This document shows positions 9,762-20,006 of a stretch of DNA of 64,000 nucleotides, piece by piece (the first letter of the stretch is position 1; each line of letters starts with the position of its first letter). This stretch comes from Candidatus Curtissbacteria bacterium (lineage in GTDB: Bacteria; Patescibacteriota; Microgenomatia; Curtissbacterales; GWA2-41-24). The position numbers were made by a program, and so were the translations under genes. The notes under the pieces are model-generated. The model saw nothing but the letters and a program-made list of their open reading frames with translations, was not told where the DNA came from and made no database searches. Location of the stretch: the NCBI GenBank assembly GCA_030647775.1, contig JAUSJC010000010.1, forward strand, positions 200,718 to 264,717, in the 5' to 3' direction.

Positions 9762-11108
9762 TTATTTAAGATCAGAAAGTCTACGAGTTAGAAGGTCTTT
9801 CTTATTTTTCTTTGGGTCTTCTTGGACTTCTTCAAAAAGTTTATTCAAAATCTCTCCGACTTTTGGCCCGGGCTTCAGATTAAGCATCTTCATAACGTCA
9901 TTACCGCTAATTTTTAAATCGGCAACCGTAAACGGTTTTTTCAAAACATCCGTTATCTTTTGTCTAAAAAGTTTAAGCCGCCAAGATTCCGGCTGTTGCA
10001 GGCCGCCGCCAAGCCGGTCTCCAACCCGAAGATCCATCATATCCTCGACATACTCCAGTCCCACATTATGAATAAAACGGCGAATTGCCGCGTCCGTCTG
10101 GTTTTCGTTGACCGAAAATTGGTGCCAGCGCACCAAAAGAAATAACTTCTCCTTTTGCTCACGCGATAAATGCAGTCTATCGGCAATTTGCTTAACAATT
10201 CGCCCGCCAACAACTTCGTGATTATAAAAAGTCCGTACGCCTTCTTCCGTAACTTTGGCAACTTTTGCTTTGCCAATATCGTGAAGCATTGTCGCGAGTT
10301 TTGTAATCACGTCTTTGGACGGGCAAAACTTCAGGCTCATTACGCAGTGTGTTCCGACATCGTGAATATGATGCCTCTGCGGACTTTTTTGGGGAACGCT
10401 AAAACACTCGTCAAGCTCCGGCAAAATAACAGCAAGAATTCCGGTCTCTTTCGCCAGAAAAATTCCGTCCGCGCCATTATCACTAGCTACTATTTTAAAA
10501 AGCTCGTCCCTTATTCTCTCACCGGAAATTTTGGAGATCAGCTGCGCGTTTTTGGCGATAGACTTTTGGGTTTTTTCTTCTATCTTAAATCCCAAACCCG
10601 TTGCAAACCTTATTGCTCTTAAAAGTCGGAGTGCGTCCTCGCTAAACCGCGCGTCAGGTTCTCCGACAGTTCTAATAATTCTATCTTTAAAATCTTCAAC
10701 TCCGCCGTAAGGATCGACTGGCGTCTCATCTAGTTTACCCTGAGCGAAGCGAAGGGCTACGGCATTAATTGTAAAATCCCGCCTTGCCAGGTCTTCTTCC
10801 AAACTCTTCCCCCAGGCAACTTTTTCGGGATGACGTGAGTCTTCATATTTGCCCTCGGTTCTGTATGTGGTGATTTCGGCAATCGTCTTGCCGCTTTTGG
10901 CAATTCCCACAGTGCCAAAACGGTTGTTGTAAAAAGCTTCAGGAAATATCTTTAAAATTTTCTCGGGCGTGGCGTTGGTCGTCAAATCGAAGTCGGAAAT
11001 ATTTTTCCCAGCCAAAACATCCCTTACGCCGCCGCCTACCAAAGCTGCTTCATATCCGGCTTTTTCAATCTTATCCAGAATTTGTTTTACGTCAGTGTTA
11101 ATAGTCAT
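9762..11108 (-). CDS. cca: tRNA nucleotidyltransferase (CCA-adding family) with HD domain
   Basis: VGGGVRD, DFD, RRDFTIN, EDALRLLRAIRF, LHDIGK. Confidence 0.9.
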   Translation of the reverse strand: MTINTDVKQILDKIEKAGYEAALVGGGVRDVLAGKNISDFDLTTNATPEKILKIFPEAFYNNRFGTVGIAKSGKTIAEITTYRTEGKYEDSRHPEKVAWGKSLEEDLARRDFTINAVALRFAQGKLDETPVDPYGGVEDFKDRIIRTVGEPDARFSEDALRLLRAIRFATGLGFKIEEKTQKSIAKNAQLISKISGERIRDELFKIVASDNGADGIFLAKETGILAVILPELDECFSVPQKSPQRHHIHDVGTHCVMSLKFCPSKDVITKLATMLHDIGKAKVAKVTEEGVRTFYNHEVVGGRIVKQIADRLHLSREQKEKLFLLVRWHQFSVNENQTDAAIRRFIHNVGLEYVEDMMDLRVGDRLGGGLQQPESWRLKLFRQKITDVLKKPFTVADLKISGNDVMKMLNLKPGPKVGEILNKLFEEVQEDPKKNKKDLLTRRLSDLK

Positions 11109-11122
11109 AATGACCTTCGTAT

Positions 11123-11173
11123 GTCATGCTGAACTCGTTTCAGCATCTAGATCCCGAAACAAGTTCGGGATGA
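11123..11173. repeat. Family B (GTCAT-tagged) double-hairpin element
   Basis: gtcatgctgaactcgtttcagcatc-ta-gatcccgaaacaagttcgggatga. Confidence 0.85.
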
Positions 11174-11239
11174 TTAAATGTTTGGCAAGTTCATTATATT
11201 ATGATTGTGACTTAACGTGCGATTTGTTGCTAAAATGAC

Positions 11240-12871
11240 TTGATGATAGATACCGTTTGGAAAGTTAAGGAAAAAAATCCCGACAAGGGAAGTAAGGATT
11301 GGCTAACCCATGTTCTTGCTAAAAACAGGGGGCTGATAACACCCCAGAAATTACAAGAATTTCTCAATCCCACGCTTGATCAAATCTTAGCCGTAGAACT
11401 TTCCCAAGTGGAAACAAGTGTCAAAAGAGCTATTAACGCAATCAAAGGCAAAGAAAAGATCATTGTCTACTCCGATTACGACGCCGACGGTATTTGCGCG
11501 GCAGCCATCCTCTGGGAAACACTTTATGATCTTGGTGCCGACGCGATGCCTTATGTTCCTCATAGAATCAAAGAAGGTTACGGACTTTCCAAGCCGGCCA
11601 TATCCAAGCTGGCCAAGGAGGGCGTTAAGTTAATAATCACTGTCGATCACGGTGTTACCGCAACCGGCCAGGTTGAACACGCGAGTTCCCTCGGGCTGGA
11701 TGTTATTATTACCGACCACCATGTTCTCCCCAAATTACTACCAAAACCATTTGCCATGTTTCATACAACGAGTCTTTGCGGCGCGGGTGTTGCCTGGTGC
11801 TTTGCCTGGGAAATTGCAAAAAAGTTAAAACCCGATTACAAAGAAAAACTTTTAGAAAAGTTAGAGCTTGCTGCCATTGCCACCATTGCCGATCTTGTCC
11901 CTTTAACCGGCGGCAGCCGCGCAATTGTCAAAATTGGTCTCGAAAAACTCGCTAGAACCAAAAGGCCGGGCCTAAAAGCCTTAATCCGTGCATCCCACGT
12001 CAATGGGAAAGTCGGCACATATGAAATTGGCCATATCCTGGCTCCCCGCATCAATGCCATGGGAAGAATCGAACATGGCCTGGATTCACTCCGCCTCATT
12101 TGTGCCAAAAACCAAAATCAGGCAGATGAGCTTGCTCAGCTTCTTTCTAAAACCAATACCAGGAGACAAGATCTAACCACCAAAGCAATAACAAACGCGA
12201 TGAGTTTGGTGAGAGACGATCATGTTGTCGGAGTGATTGCCAGCGAAAGTTGGCATGAAGGTATTATCGGTCTTGTTGCGTCTCGCTTAGTCGAAGCCTA
12301 CAAAAAACCGATGGTTGTCATATCTATTGGTGAGAATTTTTCCAAAGGTTCCGCTCGTTCCATTCCGGGTTTTAATATCGTCGAAGCAATTCGCGCATCC
12401 AGCGAATTTTTGATGGACGCCGGCGGCCACCCGATGGCGGCAGGTTTTACCATCGAAACAAGACATATTGAAGCCTTCTCCGCCAAAATCAATCAACATT
12501 CTAAAAGCTTAATTACCGATGAACTTTTAACGCCGCTTATCGAAATCGAGTGCCAACTCGAAACATCCGATATTAATCATCATGTTTTGGCTCAAACCGA
12601 ACTGTTTGAACCATATGGTGTTGCCAATCCGATGCCTTTATTTGTGACGAAAAATCTGTTGGTTGAGGATGTCCGGACGGTTGGTGCGGCAAACGATCAT
12701 CTAAAACTGCAGGCTTCCGGTCTTTCGGCAATCGGTTTTAATATGGGCAGACTGTCAAGCGATATCCGCCCCGGCTATTTAGTTGATTTGGTCTACACAC
12801 TTGCCAAAGATAAATATGCCGGCAATGGCGGCCTTCAGCTAAAACTCAAAGACCTAAGGGTTAAGAATTAA
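11240..12871 (+). CDS. recJ: Single-stranded-DNA exonuclease RecJ
   Basis: DYDADG, TDHH, APRINAMGR, GSARS, GGHPMAAG. Confidence 0.95.
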   Translation: MMIDTVWKVKEKNPDKGSKDWLTHVLAKNRGLITPQKLQEFLNPTLDQILAVELSQVETSVKRAINAIKGKEKIIVYSDYDADGICAAAILWETLYDLGADAMPYVPHRIKEGYGLSKPAISKLAKEGVKLIITVDHGVTATGQVEHASSLGLDVIITDHHVLPKLLPKPFAMFHTTSLCGAGVAWCFAWEIAKKLKPDYKEKLLEKLELAAIATIADLVPLTGGSRAIVKIGLEKLARTKRPGLKALIRASHVNGKVGTYEIGHILAPRINAMGRIEHGLDSLRLICAKNQNQADELAQLLSKTNTRRQDLTTKAITNAMSLVRDDHVVGVIASESWHEGIIGLVASRLVEAYKKPMVVISIGENFSKGSARSIPGFNIVEAIRASSEFLMDAGGHPMAAGFTIETRHIEAFSAKINQHSKSLITDELLTPLIEIECQLETSDINHHVLAQTELFEPYGVANPMPLFVTKNLLVEDVRTVGAANDHLKLQASGLSAIGFNMGRLSSDIRPGYLVDLVYTLAKDKYAGNGGLQLKLKDLRVKN

Positions 12872-12887
12872 TCCACATCGCAAGAGA

Positions 12888-12908
12888 GTTCTCGACTTCG
12901 CTCGAACA
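12888..12908. repeat. Family A variant, reverse orientation
   Basis: Reverse complement gttcgagcgaagtcgagaac; compare gttcgagcttgtcgagaac at 28944. Confidence 0.7.
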
Positions 12909-12967
12909 ATATCGTTCGACTTGATGGAGAACTTCCTTAATATCTAAAGATAAGTTAAAATCAAGCC

Positions 12968-14290
12968 ATGCAAAGAACAATTATTGCCGATTGTCCGAAA
13001 AAGGTTGGAGAGAAGGTCGAAATCTACGGTTGGGTAGACACAAAAAGAGACCATGGAAAAATCACCTTTATCGATATCCATGACTTTAGCGGTCAAATTC
13101 AGGTTGTTGGTAGTGGAGAAGATCTTTCCGCCCTCAAACCCCAATATGTCGTCAAGGTCGAAGGGGTAGTTCAAAAACGCCCGCCAGAAATGGTCAATGA
13201 AAAGTTAAAAACCGGCGAAGTTGAAATCAAAATCGATAAAGTAGAAGTCTTATCAAAAGCCGACGAATTACCTTTCGATTTGGGTATGGGAACTTTGGAT
13301 TTGGAGCTTCCGACCCTGCTCGATTTTCGCGCCCTCACACTGAGGCACCCCAAAGTGAAAGCGATTTTTAAAGTTCAGGCAAAAGTTTTAGAAGGTTTTA
13401 GAAAAGCCGCCGAAGAAATTGGTTGTACAGAAATCATTGTTCCTACCATCGCCGCTTCGCAAACAGAAGGCGGCGCCGAAGTTTTTAAAGTCGATTACTA
13501 CGGTCACAAGGCTTTCCTTACCCAAAGCCCCCAGCTCTACAAACAAATATTAATCCCGGTTTTTGAAAGAGTTTTCACCGTAACCAAAGCTTACAGGGCG
13601 GAACCTTCGGTCACAACAAGGCACTTGTCGGAAGTCACCCAGATGGATTGCGAGATCGGTTTTGTCCAGTTTACCGATCTTCTGGATCTCTTAGAAAAAG
13701 TTGCCGTCGAGACGATCAAATACGCCGAAAGCGAGTGTGAAGAAATTTTAGATTCGTTGGGTCATAAAAAAATTGCTTTTGGGAAAATTCCAAGACTTAC
13801 ACTTCGAGAAGCTCAAGAAATAATTAAGAAAGAATATGGAAGGGATAACACCAAAGAAAAAGATTTAACTCCTCAAGACGAGCAAGACCTTTGCAAATGG
13901 GCGCTTGAAAAACATAAAAGTGATCTTGTCACTGTTACCCATTTTCCAACTGCCGCCAAACCTTTTTATACAAAACCGGATCCCGAAAATCCTAAGTTAT
14001 CTCTAAGTTACGACCTCCTTTTTAGGGGAGTTGAAGTTCTTTCCGGCAGCCAGAGAATAGAAGGTTATGACCAGTTGGTAGAGAGCATAAAAAGTCGGGG
14101 AATGAACCCCAAAGATTTTGAAATGTATCTTATGGCTTTCAAATTTGGTATGCCCCCCGAAGGAGGATTTTCTTTTGGGCTGGAAAGAATAACAATGCAC
14201 ATCTTGAACCTTGCCAATATCCGTGAAGCATCCCTTTTCCCCAGGGATATGGAACGAGTAGATATTCGTTTCTCTAAATTAGTAAAGTGA
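12968..14290 (+). CDS. aspS: Aspartate--tRNA(Asp/Asn) ligase, archaeal/non-discriminating type
   Basis: TEGGAEVF, LTQSPQLYKQ, YRAEPS.TTRHLSE, GMPP.GGF.GLER; short form without GAD domain. Confidence 0.9.
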   Translation: MQRTIIADCPKKVGEKVEIYGWVDTKRDHGKITFIDIHDFSGQIQVVGSGEDLSALKPQYVVKVEGVVQKRPPEMVNEKLKTGEVEIKIDKVEVLSKADELPFDLGMGTLDLELPTLLDFRALTLRHPKVKAIFKVQAKVLEGFRKAAEEIGCTEIIVPTIAASQTEGGAEVFKVDYYGHKAFLTQSPQLYKQILIPVFERVFTVTKAYRAEPSVTTRHLSEVTQMDCEIGFVQFTDLLDLLEKVAVETIKYAESECEEILDSLGHKKIAFGKIPRLTLREAQEIIKKEYGRDNTKEKDLTPQDEQDLCKWALEKHKSDLVTVTHFPTAAKPFYTKPDPENPKLSLSYDLLFRGVEVLSGSQRIEGYDQLVESIKSRGMNPKDFEMYLMAFKFGMPPEGGFSFGLERITMHILNLANIREASLFPRDMERVDIRFSKLVK

Positions 14291-15213
14291 AATTACCCCA
14301 AGCCGCTGTTGCCGCTTTAATTCTTGCCATTTCAATCTCCTTTTTCATATTGCCGAAGTATCGGCAGGATTTTCCGTTTACCGGGAGAGTCCAGAAAATC
14401 GATTTTCAGGATTCCTTAAAACTCGAACCATACCCGATTACCGTTTCCGGTTTTGAAAGCGCTCCAACTCTTTCCGCCCAAGCCGCCACCGTCATCGACA
14501 ACAAAACTGGTGTGACCCTATTTGAAAAAGACCCGGATTTGAAACATCTTCCCGCTTCCACAACAAAGCTGATGACCGCCTTAGTTGCTTTAGAAAATTG
14601 CCTGCCCCAAACCGTCGTCAGGATCGGTTTCGTTGAAGAGAAAGGTACTAAAATGGGTCTTGCCGCCGGCGACCAATTGACAGTTGAAAGCCTCCTTTAT
14701 GGACTGCTGGTTCCTTCCGGAAATGATGCGGCATTCGTACTTGCTTACTCTTGTAACGATTCTTATTTGGGGTTTATTGCCGAAATGAACAAAAAGGCTA
14801 AAGATTTAGGGATGGTAAATACCCATTTTGTAAATCCGGCCGGATTTGATGACCAGTTTCAATACTCGACGGCCCGCGATCTCACAAAACTTTCCCGCGC
14901 CGCCGTTGCTAATCCGCTAATTTCTAAAATTGTGGCAACCAAAAGTATCGTAGTCAACGATGTTACCGGTACAAAAACGTATTATCTGGAAAATGTTAAT
15001 AAGCTTTTGGGTAAAGTTCCCGGAGTTGAGGGTGTAAAAACCGGTCAGACAGAAGGGTCTTTAGAAAACTTGGTCGCCAGAGCAACCCGCGGCGGCAATA
15101 CCATTATCACTGTTGTACTTGGGTCTGGCGACCGATTCGGTGAAACCGGCCAGCTCATTGAATGGGCTTACAAAAACCACAAATGGATCTCACCCGGCCA
15201 GCCGAAGCCCTAA
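14287..15213 (+). CDS. D-Ala-D-Ala carboxypeptidase (peptidase S11)
   Basis: STTK, SGN and KTG PBP motifs. Confidence 0.92.
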   Translation: MKLPQAAVAALILAISISFFILPKYRQDFPFTGRVQKIDFQDSLKLEPYPITVSGFESAPTLSAQAATVIDNKTGVTLFEKDPDLKHLPASTTKLMTALVALENCLPQTVVRIGFVEEKGTKMGLAAGDQLTVESLLYGLLVPSGNDAAFVLAYSCNDSYLGFIAEMNKKAKDLGMVNTHFVNPAGFDDQFQYSTARDLTKLSRAAVANPLISKIVATKSIVVNDVTGTKTYYLENVNKLLGKVPGVEGVKTGQTEGSLENLVARATRGGNTIITVVLGSGDRFGETGQLIEWAYKNHKWISPGQPKP

Positions 15214-16226
15214 CGGGAAATCCATGCGTCATCTACAGCGTCAATAAAAGCTTTCAAACTGCCTCTTGATGTAAAAATATAAACCGGCGTAAGATATTGA
15301 CTCGTTTTGCTGCTTTCTACGTAACCCAGATTAATATTCGTTATTTCAAAAGTGTCTGAACTGGAATTGGCATTGAATACTCCTTGCCCATTTTGCAGCT
15401 CTGTGTATGCTTTGGTGACTCCCTTCAGTGGATAAGTAGCGAATTTGAACCTTTCAAGGTTGTAAATATTCATTTTTGCTCCAACAATACCTTTATCGGT
15501 AACTTGGGCAACCACCTGACTTTTGCCGTCAGCAATTGGCAAAATTGGCAATTTATCTACGTCTGCCCTATAAAAATCGACTCTCACCAAATCGGAGCTG
15601 GAAAGTGACGAAGCCGGCACTAAATCGCTGGCGCTAAACTTTAAATTAGTCGTATAGACTCTATTATATGGAAATTCCTTGTCGCTTAAATTGAAGTTGT
15701 TGAAGAAGGTACGGGCTGTTCCAATGGCGTCATCCGTACTTTTTGGTTTTGAAATACCCTGCAGGCTTGTTTGATATAAAAAATCGCCGCTGGAACTGTC
15801 AACTGTAAATATCCGCGAGCTGTCTTTTGCATCAACAAACCTAAAGCCTTGGGGGATAATCTGTGGGGCTAGGGTAAAACCGATACTTTGTGCTTTCTTC
15901 TTTACGTCCTCAAGCTTCCCGAACGAAGAATTACTCGCCGATATTGCAAAAACTTTGGCACTGGTGGAAAGCTGTGGCAATTCGCCACTTATTGTTTCAA
16001 TCTTGTAATTTATTGTCCCTTGTTGTCTTATTCCATCGGAAAAGTCGGTTTTGGGTAATTTTCCAAAAGCCACTATTGCTGTTGGCGGCGGCGGCGGAAA
16101 GAGGGAATTTCTAATACTCTTTCCGAAGAGAAACAGAACAAAAAGGATCAAAATTCCGCCTATCCCTAAAGCTGTAAAAACCGATGCTCTTCGCCAAAAA
16201 CTGGCAAAGTTTGTTAAGGTAATCAT
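15210..16226 (-). CDS. Hypothetical membrane-anchored protein
   Basis: 338-aa ORF with TM followed by a proline run. Confidence 0.75.
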   Translation of the reverse strand: MITLTNFASFWRRASVFTALGIGGILILFVLFLFGKSIRNSLFPPPPPTAIVAFGKLPKTDFSDGIRQQGTINYKIETISGELPQLSTSAKVFAISASNSSFGKLEDVKKKAQSIGFTLAPQIIPQGFRFVDAKDSSRIFTVDSSSGDFLYQTSLQGISKPKSTDDAIGTARTFFNNFNLSDKEFPYNRVYTTNLKFSASDLVPASSLSSSDLVRVDFYRADVDKLPILPIADGKSQVVAQVTDKGIVGAKMNIYNLERFKFATYPLKGVTKAYTELQNGQGVFNANSSSDTFEITNINLGYVESSKTSQYLTPVYIFTSRGSLKAFIDAVDDAWISR

Positions 16227-16246
16227 GCCTTTGATACAATTCTAGC

Positions 16247-17569
16247 ATGTCTAAAGTCATAGATCCCAAGCGCAGTCGAGTCATCGAGACCCTGAGTTTA
16301 TCGAAGGGTCGAAGGACCACAGGTCCTGAGCGCAGTCGAAGGATTCGCGTTCGATACGCCCCTTCGCCTACAGGCATTCCGCACATCGGTAATATAAGAA
16401 CCGCCCTTTTCAATTACCTATTTGCAAAAAACCAAAATGGCGATTTTCTACTGCGCATCGAAGATACCGATCAAAACCGGTTAATACCCGAATCCGTCGA
16501 AAAAATCAAAGAAAGCCTCGAGCTCCTGGGCCTAAAGTGGGATGAAGAGGAACACCAATCAAAACGGTTGGAAATCTACAAAAAGCATTTGGACATTCTT
16601 AAGGGAAAAGATTTGGCATATGAAGATGACGGTGCCTGGCGTTTTAAAGTTGAAAAGGGCAAAACACTGCAGTGGGATGATGTCGTTCATGGACAGGTTA
16701 AATTTTCATCAGACGTTATCGAAGACTTCATCATCATAAAATCCGACGGATTTCCCACTTATCACTTTGCTTCTGTTGTAGACGATCACGATATGCAGAT
16801 TTCCCACGTTTTCCGCGGCGATGAATGGATTTCTTCAACACCAAAACACCTACTAATATACCAGGCGTTTGGATGGGAACCGCCAAAGTTTGTCCACTTG
16901 CCGCCAATTCTCGGGGCTGACCATAAAAAACTTTCCAAGCGCGAAGGCGCCAAATCGGTAATTGAATACATAGAAGAAGGATATCTTCCGGAGGCGATTG
17001 TTAACTTTTTAGCATTTCTGGGTTGGTCACCCAAAGATGATAGAGAAATTTTCAGTCTTGAGGAGCTCACTCGCGAATTTTCCCTCGACCGCATCAACAA
17101 AAACAGCCCAATTTTTAATTTGGAAAAATTAAATTGGTTCAATAGTCAGTGGCTCCGAAGACTTCCACAAAAAGAATTATCCAAAAAAATCAAAAAAGCT
17201 TTTCCAAGATATGATCCAAAAATTGTCGGGAAACTCACCCCCCTTATCCAGAAAAGGATTACAAATGTTAACGATTTTCCAAAACTTTGCAATTTCTTTT
17301 TTGAAGTGCCAAAACCTTTAGATTCGGTTGTCGAAAAAGGTGTTCTGTCAAAAGTAGCCGAGAATTTTGTTAAAGTTTCGTGGAATGCGGAAGAAATTAA
17401 AAATTCGATAGAAGATTTTGCCCAAAGTCAAAAAGTCGACAAGAAAGATTTAATAGTCAGCATAAGAAATATTGTGGCAGGCAGACCTGTTACGCCCCCG
17501 CTTTACGAGTCGTTAGAAATATTAGGTAAAGATGAAACTATTGCAAGGCTCAAAAAATATGTCAGCTAG
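16247..17569 (+). CDS. gltX: Glutamate--tRNA ligase with repeat-derived N-terminal extension
   Basis: RVRYAPSPTG.PHIGN, LRIEDTD, KLSKR. Confidence 0.95.
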   Translation: MSKVIDPKRSRVIETLSLSKGRRTTGPERSRRIRVRYAPSPTGIPHIGNIRTALFNYLFAKNQNGDFLLRIEDTDQNRLIPESVEKIKESLELLGLKWDEEEHQSKRLEIYKKHLDILKGKDLAYEDDGAWRFKVEKGKTLQWDDVVHGQVKFSSDVIEDFIIIKSDGFPTYHFASVVDDHDMQISHVFRGDEWISSTPKHLLIYQAFGWEPPKFVHLPPILGADHKKLSKREGAKSVIEYIEEGYLPEAIVNFLAFLGWSPKDDREIFSLEELTREFSLDRINKNSPIFNLEKLNWFNSQWLRRLPQKELSKKIKKAFPRYDPKIVGKLTPLIQKRITNVNDFPKLCNFFFEVPKPLDSVVEKGVLSKVAENFVKVSWNAEEIKNSIEDFAQSQKVDKKDLIVSIRNIVAGRPVTPPLYESLEILGKDETIARLKKYVS

Positions 17570-18221
17570 AAAAACTATTGTTGCAGTTTTTGCCCATCCG
17601 GACGATGAGGCCTTTGGCCCTTCCGGAACTATCGCCAAGTTTACCAAAACCCACGACGTTTATCTTCTTTGCGCGACAAAGGGGGAAGCGGGCAAAGATT
17701 TCGGCAACCATAAAAATCTGGCAAAAGCCCGGGTAAACGAATTAAAAAAATCGGCCAAAATATTAGGTGTTAAGAAAATTTATTTTCTAGGGTTTATCGA
17801 TGGGACACTGTCCAATTCTCTTTACCATGCGCTTGCTAAAAAGATCGAAAATCACCTAAAAAGATTAAAGCCGGAAACGGTAATTACAACTGAACCAAGA
17901 GGCGTTTCCGGCCATATCGACCATATCACCGTTTCCATGACTACAAGTTTTGCCTGCCGGAAATTGCCGTTTGTCAAAACCATCCTTTACCATTGCATAA
18001 CGGACAAGATGCGCAGTGGGTTTGGCGACGATTATTTTGTTTATTTTCCGCCCGGTTATAAAAAAAGTGAAATCGGTAAAATTGTTGATGTTTCCGATGT
18101 CTGGGACGTAAAAATGAAAGCAATGTTTGCCCATAAATCGCAGATTCAAGATGCCAAAAGGATACTTGAAAGGCGTCAAAACTTTCCCAAGAAAGAATAT
18201 TTTCTAGTCGTCAGTAAATAA
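17532..18221 (+). CDS. PIG-L family deacetylase (MshB/Mca/BshB-like); start probably 17559
   Basis: AHPDDE, T.GEAG, GHIDH, AHKSQ. Confidence 0.88.
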   Translation: MKLLQGSKNMSARKTIVAVFAHPDDEAFGPSGTIAKFTKTHDVYLLCATKGEAGKDFGNHKNLAKARVNELKKSAKILGVKKIYFLGFIDGTLSNSLYHALAKKIENHLKRLKPETVITTEPRGVSGHIDHITVSMTTSFACRKLPFVKTILYHCITDKMRSGFGDDYFVYFPPGYKKSEIGKIVDVSDVWDVKMKAMFAHKSQIQDAKRILERRQNFPKKEYFLVVSK

Positions 18222-18224
18222 TTA

Positions 18225-19379
18225 ATGAAACTTTTTAATAGTTCCGCCAAAAAAGAGGAAGCTGTTGATCTTTCAAAACCCATCGGTATCTATGTCTGCG
18301 GCGTAACCCCATACGATACAACTCACCTCGGTCACGCTTTTACATTCATAACTTACGATGTTTTGGTCCGCTATCTAAGATTTCTTGGTGCCAAAGTTGC
18401 TTATGTGCAAAATGTTACCGATATTGACGACGTCATTTTAATCAAGTCAACATCCATTGGAGTTAATTGGAAAAAACTTGGGGAAAAAGAGACTAAAAAC
18501 TACCTTGCCAATATGGATTCGTTAAATATGCTTCGTCCGGATTTTTATCCTCTTGCCACCGACCACATTACTACGATGATACGAATCATCGTAGTACTTT
18601 TAAAAAGGGGTTTCGCATACGAGAAAAATAAATCCGTATACTTCAGTATCAAGTCTTACAAAAAATTTGGCCAGCTTTCTAAATATGGTTATGACGCCAT
18701 GCTGCAAATTGCCAATGACCGCGGCAACTTCCCGCTTGACCCCGATAAAAATGACCCTCTGGATTTTGTGCTCTGGCAGGCGCAGAAACCTGGTGAACCG
18801 GCTTGGAATTCACCATGGGGAAAGGGTCGTCCCGGTTGGCATATTGAATGTTCGGCTATGTCCATAAAATATCTGGGCCCGACTGTAACAATCCATGGCG
18901 GGGGAGAGGATTTAATTTTTCCTCACCATGAATGCGAAATTGCCCAAAGTGAAAATTACACAGGGAAGCAGTTTGTAAAAATCTGGATGCACACCGCTAT
19001 GGTTTATTGTCAAAACAAAAAAATGAGCAAATCTCTTGGCAACATGATTTTTGTCCACGACCTCTTAAAAAAATATTCGGCAAACGAAATTCGCCTTTTT
19101 CTCCTAATGCACCACTGGCGCCGTTCTTGGAATTATCAGGAGTCGGATCTTAAAACTGCAGAAATTTTAGCCAAAATATTTGAGTCTCAATCTAAAGATG
19201 GGAATTTAAAAAAAGACGAGCTTAAAAAACTAATCCCGGATTTTTTCCATGCCCTGGATGATGATCTTAACACCCCAGATGCAATTACCGCCCTCGACAA
19301 CTTCGCTAAATCAAACGCGCAAAATAAAGGCTCGGTTATTAAAAATTGCTCTGAAATTCTTGGACTGCGGTTTAGCTGA
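18225..19379 (+). CDS. CysRS paralog, MshC-like cysteine ligase
   Basis: CGVTPYDTTHLGH, GRPGWHIECSAM, FPHHE, KMSKS; no C-terminal anticodon-binding domain. Confidence 0.8.
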   Translation: MKLFNSSAKKEEAVDLSKPIGIYVCGVTPYDTTHLGHAFTFITYDVLVRYLRFLGAKVAYVQNVTDIDDVILIKSTSIGVNWKKLGEKETKNYLANMDSLNMLRPDFYPLATDHITTMIRIIVVLLKRGFAYEKNKSVYFSIKSYKKFGQLSKYGYDAMLQIANDRGNFPLDPDKNDPLDFVLWQAQKPGEPAWNSPWGKGRPGWHIECSAMSIKYLGPTVTIHGGGEDLIFPHHECEIAQSENYTGKQFVKIWMHTAMVYCQNKKMSKSLGNMIFVHDLLKKYSANEIRLFLLMHHWRRSWNYQESDLKTAEILAKIFESQSKDGNLKKDELKKLIPDFFHALDDDLNTPDAITALDNFAKSNAQNKGSVIKNCSEILGLRFS

Positions 19380-19872
19380 CTATTTCGAGCTTGCGAGAAA
19401 CAAGCTTTCTTATTTTAATTTCGATAATTCTGTAGTCTGCTTTTCCGCTTGGCGAATAAACGCTAACAATATCCCCAACCCTTTTTCCAAGAAGCGCACT
19501 GCCGATTGGCGAGCTGTCGGAAATTTTCCCCTTTAAGGGATCAGCTTCTTGCGCGCTGACTATTGTAAATTGCATATTATCTTCGCCGGCATTAATTACC
19601 ACTTCGTTTCCAAAACCGACAATTTCCGCTTCCTCGGCTTGTGTTACTTCGCCAAGCCGCATCATTAGTTTTAACTCGCGGACGCGGCTGTCTATTTTTC
19701 CAAGTTCTTCTTTTGCCGCGTGGTAGCCCGCGTTTTCCGAAAGGTCTCCCTGTTCGCGCGCGGCCACAAGCCGCGTCAAAACCCCCGGCCTTCTGGCGGC
19801 AAGCCCCTCAAGTTCTTTTTTTAGGTTTTCAAAGCCTTCCGGCGTAAATTTAAAGCTCGGTAGTTTTCTCAC
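19372..19872 (-). CDS. greA: Transcription elongation factor GreA family, paralog 1
   Basis: GDLSENAGYHAAKE, SPIGSALLG. Confidence 0.9.
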   Translation of the reverse strand: MRKLPSFKFTPEGFENLKKELEGLAARRPGVLTRLVAAREQGDLSENAGYHAAKEELGKIDSRVRELKLMMRLGEVTQAEEAEIVGFGNEVVINAGEDNMQFTIVSAQEADPLKGKISDSSPIGSALLGKRVGDIVSVYSPSGKADYRIIEIKIRKLVSRKLEIVS

Positions 19873-20006
19873 AGAACAATTATATAAGCACGAATAGAAA
19901 ATTTGTTAATACCAAAATCTTCCGTTGGCACTGGTTTATCCTTCGTACTCGAAGGGTTGACTATGCTGGAACGTTCTATTTGAGTATCTAAGGCTGTTCT
20001 TTGAAT

